DNA of 64,000 bases from Hydrolagus colliei. Taxonomy: Eukaryota. This document shows, piece by piece, positions 50,294 to 63,494 of this stretch (the first letter of the stretch is position 1; each line of letters begins with the position of its first letter). Position numbers and translations under genes: made by a program. The notes beneath the pieces were generated by a model, which saw nothing but the letters and a program-made list of their open reading frames with translations, was not told the DNA's origin and searched no databases. Location: positions 13,082,001-13,146,000 of the forward strand of contig CM068748.1 of NCBI GenBank assembly GCA_035084275.1, in the 5' to 3' direction.

Positions 50294-51882
50294 TTGCATC
50301 GTAAGTCAGCTGTCTACTGTCAATACTGAATTCAATCATTTGCCAAACTCTGAATGCCCTGAAATGTTACTTACTGGAAATAAAGTAAATACATCAAGAT
50401 GGAATTTCTCTTCAAATATGTGCAAATGTCAAACTATTCCAGTACCTTGGGACGTCCTCCTTACATGAAAGGCACTATAAAAGTGTAATTTTATTGTTGT
50501 TATTTTTCCTACAGTCATGTTATAGTAAGATTACTCATCTCCAGAGTGTTGGAAGTTATTGCAATGAACAGATAAGCATTTAAGATACAAGATACTGGGT
50601 CTATCCCAGGTTTGAATTAACAATCTTAAATTAAGAGCGCTATAACTGGCGATATAGGCCTGGGGAAGGAAATTATCCTACTTTCAAATCATTGTACAGT
50701 GACATCTGCTGAACATCTGAACTTCAGCAAGTGTAAGTTTGGGCTCAGCTGTCAAATTATGTGATAACAATCACTGCCCATGCTCATAAAAATGGCCATT
50801 TGATCAATAGTAATTGCAGAATGTTGACGCTGTGCTCTTTGTTTAATTTAAAAAATGGCATGGAGGTATAACAACTTAGACTGTATCTGAATCAAGAATA
50901 TGTCAGTGAAAATGCTGCTACTGATCGTCAAAGAACTTAGTAAAATTATGCTTCCGAATCTGCCGTTCGAATCCAAATATGGCACATCTTGCTAATCTAA
51001 ACAAACCCTATGCTGTTTATTTTCTCACATGTGTACATACACACACTCCACCTGCATACCTACATCCAGGCAGTTCTAGGATATGGTTCTTCCAGAAGCC
51101 CCAGCAGGAAATAATTAAGTTGAAACTAATGCACATGCAAAGCAAACTTGGCAGGATCTGCACCTGGTGGACTTGCAAAGATTAATGACACAGAACCCAG
51201 GGAATGAGTGGTCCAGTGGGTTCAGTTCACCCAAGCTTTCGGGCCTGTAATAAATCTTTTATCACTGTACATTCTCCTCCGTGGATAAAGATTGCAGCTC
51301 TTTCATATCAACAGAGCTTAAGAATAGGTTACTCTTTAGTAGGCTACATTAGTTACATTCTGGTGAAATTAGCTATTATACTCAGTACGCTGTTTCTTAC
51401 GATCATCCTGTTTAATTGCAAATGAAAATATAGGAAATTTGGGGCTAAGAATTAAAAATGTTCCCACCCAGTAAATGACAACATTATCCTCTATTTTCAA
51501 TGGGCACCAAGCATCAGGTTTTGACCACTCAAGGGCTGAACATCTAAAATGCAAAGGAGGGGAGCTGAGTCCTATCTTACAATTTAAAAGGGGTTTTATT
51601 CAGTAATTTTCTAACAACAAAACACTGTTAAGGTGAGTGTGTGTCCCAGAACCGAGTACAGTCAGTAACAGCCAGTAATGTTAACCTCCTGAAATTAATT
51701 TTGAAGTCATCTTACAGGATGATAGGATACAACAGGAGTTCTAATGAAAGTCTTCGTGGGTGTGTCACAGAAGGTGCAGTGATGATGAAAATGTCACGAC
51801 TGCAAAACTGAGAGGCGAACACATTTGTTTCTTCAGGTATGTGGCAGCTTGCATTTGCTCGGAATCACTGAAACAATTGATC

Positions 51883-52306
51883 AACACTAACAGCTTGCAC
51901 TTATATAACACCCTCCACCAAGAGGACAACAGTGGCGGAGCCTGACACCGAGCCAGGCGGGCGGTGGGAGGTGACCATAAGGATGGTCGAAGAGGAAGGT
52001 TTTCAGCAGGACTTGAAACAAGGGGAGAGAGAGAAGGCAAGGCGGAGGAATTAAAGGAGAGTGTTCCAGAGTTTGGGGGCATAGTGACTAAATGAGTGAC
52101 CTCCAATGGAGGGTGCAAGGGAGGCCGGTGCCAGTCAAGTAGATGCTTGGGGAGTGAGGAGCTTGGAGATTTAGGGAGGTGCCAGGGAGTGAAGGGATTT
52201 GAACATGAGTGTGAGGATCATGAAGTTGATAACATTCGGTGATGGGGAGCCAGTGGAGCCTGGCCAGAACTGGTGAGATGGGAGTTTGATGCGAGTAAGT
52301 ATGCGT
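51883..52306 (-). mobile_element. L2 LINE 3' fragment
   Basis: RILTRIKLP, SPVLARLHWLP, INFMILTLMFKSLHSLAPP and PKLWNTL motifs; tail TATATAAGTGCAAGCTGTT. Confidence 0.88.
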
Positions 52307-53022
52307 ATCCAGATCAGTGCGTGACCACCTCTGTTTGTGTCCCTCCTGCTCACAGCTGTGCCTCCGGGAAGTGTTTGATTCAATGCAATTCCCTGTTGAT
52401 TAGCAAGCTCCAAATATACCTTGTTTAAGTCTATAGGCAGTTTGAGGTGGTCAAGTTAAAGAAAATAGTGACCACTGACTCACCGGTACAGAGTGCAAAA
52501 CAACTAGGAAGATGAGGGAATGAATGGAGAGGCAGTATCAATGTTTTAAGATTCATACATTTAGCATAGGTGACAGAAGCATTTTTATGATGGGGGTGTG
52601 GGGTGTGGGGGGAGAAGAATATCAGCACAAGCCTTACTTCAACAATTCCCACCACCAGGCGACCAAAAACACTGGTGTGATCGCCAGGCTCAATATCATC
52701 CTCATCATCAGTAAGCTGACAGCAGCCACAACACTTATGGCCTGGACAAGACTGGAGGGAGAAAAACATCCTTAACTTCAACCTGGGTCTGCTGCCTCAA
52801 CTTTTTTTTATTGGTGGTGGGAACGAACACATTCCTTCCCTGACCACCCCACAGTTCTGCCATTATTGGTTATTCAATCAAGAACTTGGGGAGGTGGGGG
52901 GAAGGAGCAAAGTGGGAATCTAGGTACAGATGTCAATTTGGATCAGTTAGTATTGCACATTATTCAGCAAAAAAAAATTCATTCCAAATATAGTCCAAGA
53001 TGTAATTCTTATGGGGTCTCAT

Positions 53023-53092
53023 AACAGGGGCAAAGCTTAGGTTGTACCAAGCCAAGATTTTGGCTTGGTACAACCTAAGCTTTGCCCCTGTT
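53023..53092. repeat. Perfect 33-bp inverted repeat with a 4-nt loop
   Basis: AACAGGGGCAAAGCTTAGGTTGTACCAAGCCAA-GATT-TTGGCTTGGTACAACCTAAGCTTTGCCCCTGTT. Confidence 0.97.
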
Positions 53093-54839
53093 GTTTATGA
53101 TGTTGCTGAAACCCCTCAATTAAAACATTGACATGTATGCACTTCAAGGTATCCATCATTCTATAATAAACCATCTGAATTAGTTCCCTGCGTTAGATCA
53201 CTCCAAGATACAGTATCTACCATTTTAGCTATTAATTTAGTTAAAGCCAAACAAGGGACTTTATTGCGTGATGGAATGCAAGGGGAATAAAACAAAGCAG
53301 TAACTTTGTGGCAGATTAATTACAAGTTGCAAAAGAGTAATGAAATATGCAAAGAATGCCTAGATTACAGATTTCTTCAGGAGCCAAAGAGAACAGATGG
53401 CAATACTTTGGCAGTGGATAAAAGCCAGGTGTAAATGTGTGTTGTAAACTGCTTGCCACACCATAATTTCAGGCTGAATATGCTGCAGGCTAGGCCCAGC
53501 GAGGCGCTTTCCTATTTTATACTCCACATCCGTCTGCAGCTTCTTAAGCCAATTGTTTGTATCCAGGCGATCCATATGTCACCATCAGTGTTAATGGCTC
53601 TCTGTAATACTTTCGTCAGTCTTGCTTCTGTCAGCACAAATAACCCCCCCCCCCCTTCTCCTGTATCGACATTATTATTCAAAAGGACATGTAATGTGAT
53701 CATAAAATTAATAGGAGTATGGAGGCCCTCCTGTGTTATATTCAATAAGTCCAAATCAATAGATTTTTAAAATGATATAACGCAATGATTTCTTGTAAAC
53801 GTATTTACAGCAGGGATATGAAATGTTACTTTAATCACATTCTCAATTAATCTCGCTACAAATCATTTATACTGCAGCTTGTGGGGATAAGCCAAACAGC
53901 ATGAGCCGTGACAACTATATAACAGCATATTGGTGAGTTGTATTCCTCCTCTTTCTCCATTTAAGCAATCAATAAATTGCCCACTTCAATCTGCACATTT
54001 GCAGCCTCAAAAAAAGTGGTGCATTACCAAAAAGACTGTTATAAGCAATTAGTTGTTAAACAATGCTTCGGGGGGACCACAGTAATAATGCATAACAGAG
54101 ATCCCAACAGAATAGCTGGAAAGGACATTTCAAAATGGAAAATAAAATAGGAAACAACAGTATTGACTGCAAGTGTAGTTAAACAAACAGAAAAGGCACA
54201 CTTGTTTCACTCAGTAGCACATATTACTGATGCTATTCGGAGGTAAACAAGCACTAAAAAGTATTTGATTTTCACCCTAACTGGTTGGACTGCAATGGGG
54301 GAAAGAGAGGGGCAAGAACACATAAAACTCCTTTAACGTGGAGTTATTTCAGCATTTCGGAATGACTTAGTAGCGTTTTGCTACTATTTTCATGCTGTGC
54401 ACCCACAAATGCCTCCTGTGTTTAAGGTAATCTTATACTGTACTAATCCTTGCATTGAGATAGCAGCTTTTATTTCAGGAGAACATAGTGAAATACATCA
54501 CAGGATTAACAGTGAAGTGCAGCAACTATTCTAAAGATAGTGAATTTGCATCTACCTATGCCAAGTAAATTTTATTTTTCAATCATTTGTTTTTAAGGAA
54601 AGCATTTTAAACAAGTCAGCCATAGCTTACATACTTCTGTGCTGTGCCACTAAAAGAGCTGGCTTTTTTTTTAGGCACTTTGGTTGTATGGATCTCTATT
54701 AGCATCAGTGGTTGTATGAGCACAGATAATATAAGTAAAGTCTCACTTAATCCATGCTTAAACAAACAAAATGCCACTGAGATCTGTTAACAGGAGATGT
54801 GCAATCTATAAATTGGTCCATATAGCAAAAAGGTCACCT

Positions 54840-55195
54840 TTAGAACTAATTAAAGCTCCACATCAGGACTCTGAGCGGATCATCCAGACTGACACTCCAC
54901 TATAGTGCTGAAGGTGTGTTCTACTGTCAGAGGTGCCGTACTTTGAATGAGTCATTAAACTGACGTTCCGCCTGCCTATTCAAATAGACATTATTTGAGA
55001 AGAGAGTTTCTCAACAATTCTCTAAATAAAACTAGTCCATTTATTCCATGGCTATTCTTGAGACACTTCACTGTGTGCAAATTCGCTGCTGCTGCTTTCA
55101 CCTACAACCTATGAGGTTATTGCACATTGAAGTACATCCTGAGAGAAGCACTTTGAGACGTCTTCCCGACGTGAAAATGCTAACAGATGCAAGGG
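54840..55195 (+). mobile_element. Long Deu-domain SINE (family B)
   Basis: CAGACTGACACTCCA..CTGTCAGAGGTGCCGTACTTTGAATGAGTCATTAAAC core and GCACTTTGAGACGTCTTCCCGACGTGAAAA tail. Confidence 0.8.
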
Positions 55196-55937
55196 TTACT
55201 GTCAACAGCTAAAAGTTGAAAATGTTCTTTGAGTCTCAAAGAGATAAAGCTTTTCTCTTTGTCTCCAGCTGAAACCATATCAAAATTCAAATCTAGCTCT
55301 TATCCTTTGTCTGGCTCAGACCTGCAAGTCTGAACAGAAACACGATATGCGGCGTGTCAGTGCACATCGGTGTTTCCTCATCTTTGTGAAATCAATAACA
55401 TTTCACAGTCTGAGAACAAAATGTAAACAAAATAAATGTACAAGTACTTTGAAAGGAATTTCTACAAAATAATTTTTTGAATGAATTATCCAGAGACAAA
55501 GGTAACTTTCAGAGACAGCAATCAAACAGCCAGACACAGCCTTTGCAGCCACTCAAGTGCCCAGCTGAAGGCATTAGCAAATAACACTAGAAAAGATTCT
55601 CAAAACTCATAGCAATGTTTTCCACTGAGACATCACATAATCTGGTTGCTTTGAGGAGATGGATTTGTATTTCCTGGTTGTCCCTTAATACATTAACTTG
55701 TTTGACTGGAAGATAGGAAACGTTAACTGAAATATTTAAACTATTTACTCTGTGAATTCCAAAAGTGATCTTAATGTAAATACAGTTGTATGTATCGTAG
55801 GGTGTGGCAGAACTTCCTCAAATAAATGCCAGTTCTGTACAATTCAGTTGCTCACCATAGGGCAAATTTAACAGTGCAGTATCATAGGCAATCCTCAAAC
55901 AATGTTTGTACAAACTTGCACATTTCCAGCTATTCAT

Positions 55938-56095
55938 AAGATCAGTTTGGATTAAGAAGATCCTTTGGCCCATTTGATCTCATCCTCCCAGAATACCCGT
56001 CTTCCCATCACTGCATCACATTGTTTTTCAAATGAATCCAGATATTCGGTCTCAACCACCCATCCTGGTAACCTGTTCTAAAGAGTCTTTATGTG
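55938..56095 (-). mobile_element. CR1 3' end fragment
   Basis: AGATCAGTTTGGATTAAGAAGATCCTTTGGCCCATTTGATCTCATCC is the reverse complement of the tail at about 8090-8142. Confidence 0.72.
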
Positions 56096-56228
56096 TAGTT
56101 AAGGCTTCCATCTTTAGCTCTGAAAAGATAGGAATGAATATTGCTTGCTTCTACTGGAGGATAATGTTCAGTCCACTATACCATGAGATTGAATAATCTT
56201 CATCCCTCTCCATTGCATTTCACTAAGG

Positions 56229-56335
56229 TAATAATAAGAATAATAATCCTTGAATTTGATATAGTGCTTTTCACATCTTCTAGACGTCTCAAACTGCCTC
56301 ACAGAATACACTGTAAAGCGAATTGACTGTATATA
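56229..56335 (-). mobile_element. Family A SINE 3' end
   Basis: AATAATCCTTGAATTTGATATAGTGCTTTTCACATCTTCTAGACGTCTCAAA..ACAGAATACACTGTAAAG. Confidence 0.88.
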
Positions 56336-57489
56336 ATGCATCATAGTACATGTTTTAGTTGCAAGTATGGTGTAAATAAAGCAACATTCAATTGCCAGAG
56401 AACCTGTGAGTACGTGAAATTCTTCCTCTGTCACCAGTTGTATCACGTTTGTAACACAAAAACTCACTCAGAATTAAAAGCATGGCTCCTTTTTTGCTGC
56501 TTGTTCACTTTTCTTGCGAACCTAGCAAACTTTGCTGTGCTGCAGAAGAAGGCATGTGTTGTACATTAGTCATAAGGATTAGTTTTGGGGTCTGGGAAAC
56601 TTTGGGATGCTACCCTGTGTGAGAGGCACTATATAAATGCAAGTTGTTATTGCTGTTGATTGACAATTACAGAATAAAATATTAAGAGAAAAAAGAGGAA
56701 AGCAACAATGATCATCACCCCACTCCTCCCTCCCCCTACCTTTTCAATACCATTGCATAGATTTTCGTGCTTGCATCCCAAAAATTAATTTCACTTTTAT
56801 CTCACAATCAACTGACTAATAAGAGAATATCCAGACAAACAATAAAGCATTTAATAAAGCTCTTACTCTTGCTCCTCCGATAAAGTGTGAAACGATCTAA
56901 ATCCTAGAGCCTTTAATACCTAATGTTGGTAATAAAATGCTTCAAATCACAGAGATTATAATTTATAGTGTAATCTTTAACCCTTCTCACTCTAGTACTT
57001 TTTTGCCTGTATACCTTGCAGATCTTCACTAATTCCATCAAAAGCACCACAGGATATTAAAATCCACTGGAAAGTAAAATCATTAAATATTTTTAAAAGA
57101 ATTATTAATTACATTTTAATCTCCATTTTCCCTTTTGGAGCTCATTACCTTTTATTACTGCTTATTCCCCTCATCAAACATCTGGAAGTGTAATCTCCAA
57201 TGCATTCCTATCTAATCCAGTTAAATCTGAACTACATTTTAAATGTAAAATTTAATTTAAAATTGCCAACTCAATCATGGCTGGTGATTAACTCAGCTGG
57301 TAAATTCCTTTAGGTTTCCATTGGCATACTCCATTTAAAGAGATGAGGGAATATTCAAATGTCAATTGAAAGCTGAAACTGGGAAGAAAATGAGGATTTG
57401 CAATTCAGGAGTATTTTGTTGAGGTCAAGTCATTGGAAACTTATATTTTCTGTTTTACGGTCTAACTAACAATTTCCACTTATCCCAGG

Positions 57490-58150
57490 TGTTAGGTTGG
57501 TTGGTAGCATTTTCATATCGAAGTCAGAGATTTATGGGTTAAAGCCCCACTTGGGCATTTTGAACTCAGGGTCCAAGCTGACATTCTAATATAGTGCTCT
57601 GGATCTGCTCCATTTTTGGAGATGCCATCTTTCAGATGAGACATTTCTTGCATATTAACTTTAAACATACGCGGTAATTAAGTAAGGTGTGTTGCATATT
57701 AGAGTTAACAACATAAGTGGCAATTAAGTAAAGGACAGGTACATAAGGATTCTGGGGAATAATGACTTGAGAGAGAGTTGGATAGCGAGAGAGTGAAAGA
57801 GGGTGTTGGAAAGGAGCTGGATTGTAAAGTTGCAATAAAGATTGGATTGAATCAACATTGCGTATTGTGGTTTAAAAAACATTACAACATTAAACCAAGA
57901 TCCTGTCTGCCTGTTGAGGTGGACTTTAAATGTTCGGTGGCACTCTTAAAATAGAGAAATATGTTTCTTCCAGGGTCCAGGCCAACAATCCCCAAATAAA
58001 ATTGATCATTCACTTCATGGCTGTTTGTGGCTTTGTTATTCGCAAATCATCTGCCATATTATCCACAAGCACAACATATTGCAGGAAATCCTGTGACAAG
58101 CTTGAGGACTTTTCAATTTGGCAAGGAGCTCTATCAAATGTCAAGATAAT
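57490..58150 (+). mobile_element. Long Deu-domain SINE (family B) split by an LTR-like insert
   Basis: Core GCCATCTTTCAGATGAGACATT resumes as AAACCAAGATCCTGTCTGCCTG..AGGTGGAC after the insert. Confidence 0.8.
57646..57886 (+). mobile_element. Probable solo LTR (241 bp) with a 5-bp TSD
   Basis: ACATT at 57641-57645 and 57887-57891; ends ...ATTACA; AATAAA at 57834-57839; starts TCTTGCATATT, with an internal repeat reading TGTTGCATATT. Confidence 0.65.
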
Positions 58151-60110
58151 CATTTATTTCCTCTTCTAAATACAGTTAATAAGCCCAAATGTGTCAGTAT
58201 TCAAAATATACTCTATTGGTGTACCTATTTTGGTTGAGATGTTATTTCAGGGGAAAGCACTATGAAGCTGTTCGAAAGAGCTATACCATACAAGTGAGGA
58301 TTTAAAAAGATAGTGGTACAAATGATCAAATACTGTAAGTGCAAACCAAAGAGGTGGTACCTTAAATAATATTAATGTGTATTCAAAGTACCATATAAGT
58401 GGATCTGCAACACAAGTGTAGACACAATTGTGACCTAAAACATCATTCCTGAGCTCTACACGTTTAAGTCACCTTCTTCACACTGGCATCACCTGCTAAT
58501 ACAATTACCAAAAACACACTGTTGGCAGTGAAGGAACATCAGCAAGGCAGCCAGGCACATCTGGCCATGCTTCAGCTTGGAGCTCTCAGCTAATGAAGAT
58601 AGATGGGCTCACCCATGCAGCCAAGCCACAAGATGCTAATGAAAACTGTTTAATGGTCAATATATGTCACTGAGAGATGATTAATTAGTACAGAGAACTG
58701 CTAATGGCACATTTGTGGCTATTAATAGCACATCACTCAGTGCATTCCCTTCTTGAAGAGATTCTAACCCTAGTGCTGTACCTGTCCTTCACCAGCAATC
58801 CCCTCCTCACCTCAAAATATACAGAACCCATCAGGTTTCTGTCACAGCCAGATCCACACATAATTGGATATGATTTCATTTTTTCACATTTAGTTCACCC
58901 AAAAAGTGATCACTCTTCTTCAATTTTATTTGAAATGATAAAGTTTGCAACAAAGACCTCAAGGTATAGGGATTATATCTAAACCAAAAATCCCATCACC
59001 AATAATCACTTTATGACATGTCAGCTGCATTTATACTGAGTAATTGGCAAGAGTAGAATAAAAATTGGAATTGAGCTCACATAAATCATGCTTGATGCCC
59101 ATTGATGTAACCTGGTGGAGGTAGTTTCAAGAGCCATTCAGTTTGCACCACCATAGTATGAACATAGAGTTCAAATCAAATTGGGCTCTGATCCCAAATT
59201 GTCTCTGGATTGCTCCCTGGAAATCCAATGGATAGATCAGGTACTCTTAGGAAGTGTTTTCTAACAAATTATAAATGCATGAATCATGCCTCCTGTTCCA
59301 CAGTGCTGTGCACATTGTTGGCTGTTGTGTTCACCTACAAAATATAGCCACAACAATTTAAATTAATTCCTGTGAGGCACTTTAAGATGTACTCCTCATG
59401 TGAAAGGGGTGAAATCAAATGCAAGGATCGTATTATTTTATAGCTCTACTGTTGGAAGCAATATAACTTCATGGTAGCCAAAGATGTGAGTTATATCAAA
59501 AGCACCTCGTTTTCTGCAAACTCATTACATTCAACTGCTTCCACCACTGGAGTGTGCGGGGGTGGGTATTCCTTAATAAGCCATACATCTCCTTGCACAA
59601 TTTTCATCTTGTCAGTTTTATATAATGTGTGGGTCATACTGGCCTGGCCATCTGTGAGTTGCTCAGTGCACGTGCAGGTGAAAGTTCTAAATTTGCAAGT
59701 AAACTTCCAACTGTTATATTTTTGTGGCCTGCCAACTATAAAGCAGAAAGACATTTATCCAAATAAAGGCAGAAGAGCAGTGATAATTATGATAATATTT
59801 TCAGTTCTGGTGAGTGGATGATGTCTCAAAGCAGTTCATAGCATTACTGTAAAGTGTAGTGACTGTATAATTTGTGGGCCAACAAATTCATTACAGAGAC
59901 TGTCTTCATTCACATTTGCTAGGCAAAAGAAGATCAGGGTCCATCTATTTTGTCTTTCACCATCCTGGCAGTCACTTGACATGTTATGTCCAAAACTATA
60001 CAAGAACATGTTACGTATCCCAAGCCAGCAAACATAATCAATACTGTACAGATTGTTCATCTTCAATAACTTGTAAAAGAAACTTGAGGTGGTCTCCAAT
60101 TCGTAACATT

Positions 60111-60530
60111 TCAGCCTAGCTCAGTTAGTTGTACTCTTGCCTCAGAGTCAGAAGGTTGGTTGTTCAAGCCCCATGTTGAAACTTTGAAGTCATAGTTCAA
60201 GCTGACACTATCAGTGCAGTGCTAGCAGAGTGCTACATTGTCAGAGGTGCCATCCTTCAAATAAATTGTTAATCAGAAGTACCGTCAATCTATTGAAGTC
60301 AATGATAAAATTCCCATGGAGCTACTCAAAAAAGGGAGAGAAATGCCGAGTTTCTCCCGGTGTCATGGCCAACAATCCTTAAGATAGAATCCTGTCATTC
60401 ACTTCATAACTATTTGTAAGACTATTTTTAAGGACCTACAAATGTAGTCATTACACTTTACTATAAATCCTGTGATGTGCTTTGAGACATCCTCCTATTG
60501 AAAAAAAATCTATATTAAATACAAGTATTC
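60111..60530 (+). mobile_element. Near full-length long Deu-domain SINE (family B)
   Basis: TCAGCCTAGCTCAGTTAG..CTCTTGCCTCAGAGTCAGAAGGTT..GTTCAAGCCCCA head, core TGTCAGAGGTGCCATCCTTC and an L2-like tail. Confidence 0.85.
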
Positions 60531-60969
60531 TCACATTTCTTATTTCAAATTCCTATCAATTGCTAAAATTATGCTAGATTTGTTTCTTAGACCACAAGAT
60601 AACAGGATCTATTCAGTGAAATTTGTTTTACAAGGAAATACAGAACTGCTGCATTTGCCTTACAAATGTTCCTTGTGACAGCCACACCAATGCCAGGAGG
60701 TAAATAAGGCAATGGTTGCTATCACCAGAGGGATAGTGATCTACCATAATGTTTCCTAGCTGCAGACGTGCTTAAGAACTCAGCTGAAGTGACCCTATAG
60801 TACCCCACAAGTTAACTATCAGAGAAAACATTTCTTTTAACAAGCTATTTATTCAGAAGTGGCTTTAGAAAAAGTTTTTGAAAAAAAGTATACATTTGTC
60901 AGACTGGTAACCACATGCATAATTATCAGCTGATTCTTCATACTCTTAAACCTAAGAAATATACAAAAG

Positions 60970-61040
60970 ATAATTCACTTTACAGTATATTCTATAAAGT
61001 GCTTTGAAACATCTAGAAGATGTAAAAAGTGCTATATCAA
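60970..61040 (+). mobile_element. Family A SINE 3' end
   Basis: AATTCACTTTACAGTATATTCT..GTGCTATATCAAATGCAAGGATCATTATTA (the tail runs a little past the stated end). Confidence 0.8.
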
Positions 61041-61394
61041 ATGCAAGGATCATTATTATAATATATATCTAACTTTCCGACTAAATAGGTAAAAGATTGA
61101 CCTTTGGCTTGCTATAAAAATTAAGCGAGCTGACCCCTGACCTCGGCTATCCCTGCTGGTTTAGTTTAATGCAGAAAAATTGAAAAGCTGTCCATAATAC
61201 ATCTTTCACTTTAATGAAAACAATCAGAAGGGGACAAAAAAGATGATTATTGGAAAGGTTTCCATCATGGCCTGTTAGTCTTTATAACAGAAATGGTACA
61301 GTGAATGGGAGCTGCAATGGGGAGTATCGGGATTCATCTGGCTTACCCTATTTTGAATAATACTGTACTGCTGAAATATTCTCAGCAAATACAA

Positions 61395-61865
61395 TCATTC
61401 TTGCAGTTGATATAGCGCCTTTTGTACTGGGAAGCCATCTCAGATCTCTTCACGTGTTTCGCTGTAAAATAATCAATTGTGTCAACAGCCAATTTGACAG
61501 CAATGCCCCAGAAACAGCCACAAAGCGAATGAGCAATTGTGTCTGGCGGATTACAGCCAGCACATTGGGAGCACATTCCCTTCTCAAATTGTGCCATGGA
61601 ATCTTCAGGTCCTCTTGAACATATAGATGGAACCTCAGTTTAAAGTCTTAATTAAACCCCAGCCCGGGTCTGAGCCGATGACTTTTCCAGAGCCTTGGGA
61701 CGTCCTCCTGACGCGAAAAGTGAAATTTTGTTGTTGAACAATGCTCGAACAATGCAGTGCTTCCCCAGGACTGCATTGGAACGTTAGCCTCGTCTATACG
61801 TGTTCAAGTTTTGTCCTGTGACTTCAATACAACTCAGACTCAAGTACTGCCAACAGCTGGACTGA
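61395..61865 (-). mobile_element. Long Deu-domain SINE (family B) interrupted by an L2 tail (about 61657-61735, +)
   Basis: GTGCCATGGAATCTT..TAGATGGAACCTCAGTTTAAAGTCT core, insert ..CCTTGGGACGTCCTCCTGACGCGAAAAG..TTTTGTTGTT, then ACAATGCAGTGCTTCCCCAGGACTGCATTGG. Confidence 0.75.
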
Positions 61866-63494
61866 TACAGACTTTATAAGAAATTACCCTTTAACTGCTA
61901 TCAAGCAATCTCCATCAACTTTATGCCTTAATGCAAACTTCAGAAGAAACTCCAATGCCATCAGACTGAATCTGTTCACATGCAACATTGTTTTTCTCTA
62001 TGCTGCGCCTGAGTGAGATTGTTATCGATATGCTATAGCTATGGATACTATAGACACAGAATTGTGCCATGAGCTTGTGAAAATCCAACTAATGGAAGTT
62101 TTACCAAGTGCTGTCAAACAAGACTGGAATTCATGTAGTGAGCTTAAACAGGTTAATTACAATATGATGAATACAAGTTTTTCATATGCAACAGTAATGG
62201 GGCAAATAATGTCAAGACTTCAAACTTACTATCCAACAATATTTTTATCATCTGTGCATAATATCAATTTCAGTGTTAGACTTATCACAGAAAGCTTTGA
62301 CTCTGTTTACTTTGTATTGAATGGCAAATCATCCACGGGGAGCAATTTGTGTTGCTGCTAAAATCTGAAATAATATGTTTTTCATCTCTTTGTTTTTCCT
62401 CAGTGTCAGCAGTCAGTCAGAAATGCTATTACCATATCTGGACAGTTTTAATATTACATTACTGAATAATTTACTGGGCCTGTTGGACACATTTAGTAAT
62501 ATTGGCAAATCTGAAAAATGCTGTATCTGACTAGAGATGGATTAGACGAAGGGTTATTAAGTATAATATCTGTATTGGCAGTGGTGGAAAAAAATTGCAT
62601 AAAGATTACACTTTGTTTGCTTGACTATTTGTTGATTCCTCTGTGGGGAACAATTTGTGATGCATGCAGTTAAAATATTGGATAACAATTTTTTTCACTG
62701 CAACTTCAGCATTCAGTCAAGTGATGCTATTAGCATACCTGTAGGGTTTTGCATTCTGATAGTGAATAATACTATGCCACCTGCATGTGGCAGCCAATAT
62801 TGTTGGCAATATTTTTAATAACGCATCTGATATTACTTTTATTATTAGAAATATTTATAGCTGTTTTCAAATTTAAACATGAAAGTTTCACTCAAAATTG
62901 TGCCATTGAAAATTAAATTGAAAATTTTAATACTCATATCACCAACACATTCAACGTCAGAGAAACTGCAAAGATTGAGGTATTTCTTCAAATGTGGATT
63001 TCCATTGTTAAATAAAAGGAACATACAGTATTTACTTCTCTCTAAAGTTCAGCAGATTTCTGGTTTAACCAATGACTGCAATACAATTGAAAACTTTGTG
63101 GCAAGTCTCACAATTAAAATGCAATGACTGTCTTCAAAACAGCCCAAATACTGAATCAATTGATTGTTAACTCCCATCTTAACTGGAGTTAATTTTCTTT
63201 CTCTTTTTTTAAATGTTTAATTGTTTCCTTTTGCTTTTTAAGTATTATCCTTAATTACAATTTCACAAAATAAACTTGTTGATTCCAAAACATGTATGAA
63301 ACTTTGCTAATTTTTTCGAACACTATCTGACAGACAGAACGTCTAGCATTTTAGCTGCCAGATACCTAATTTGACTTTTTAAGACAACTTTAAGACAACA
63401 ATGCAGTATCATATTTCATAAAAAAAAGTCCAGTATGAATTTTCCAGCACATCACCCCAAACAATCAAAAAAAGCTAAACACTCAAATTAATGC

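Noticed and set aside
59471-59821. Overlapping ORFs on both strands (e.g. WLIKEYPPPHTPVVEAVEC)
   Set aside because: No recognisable domain and only weak splice sites, between SINE fragments; a blastx search would settle it.
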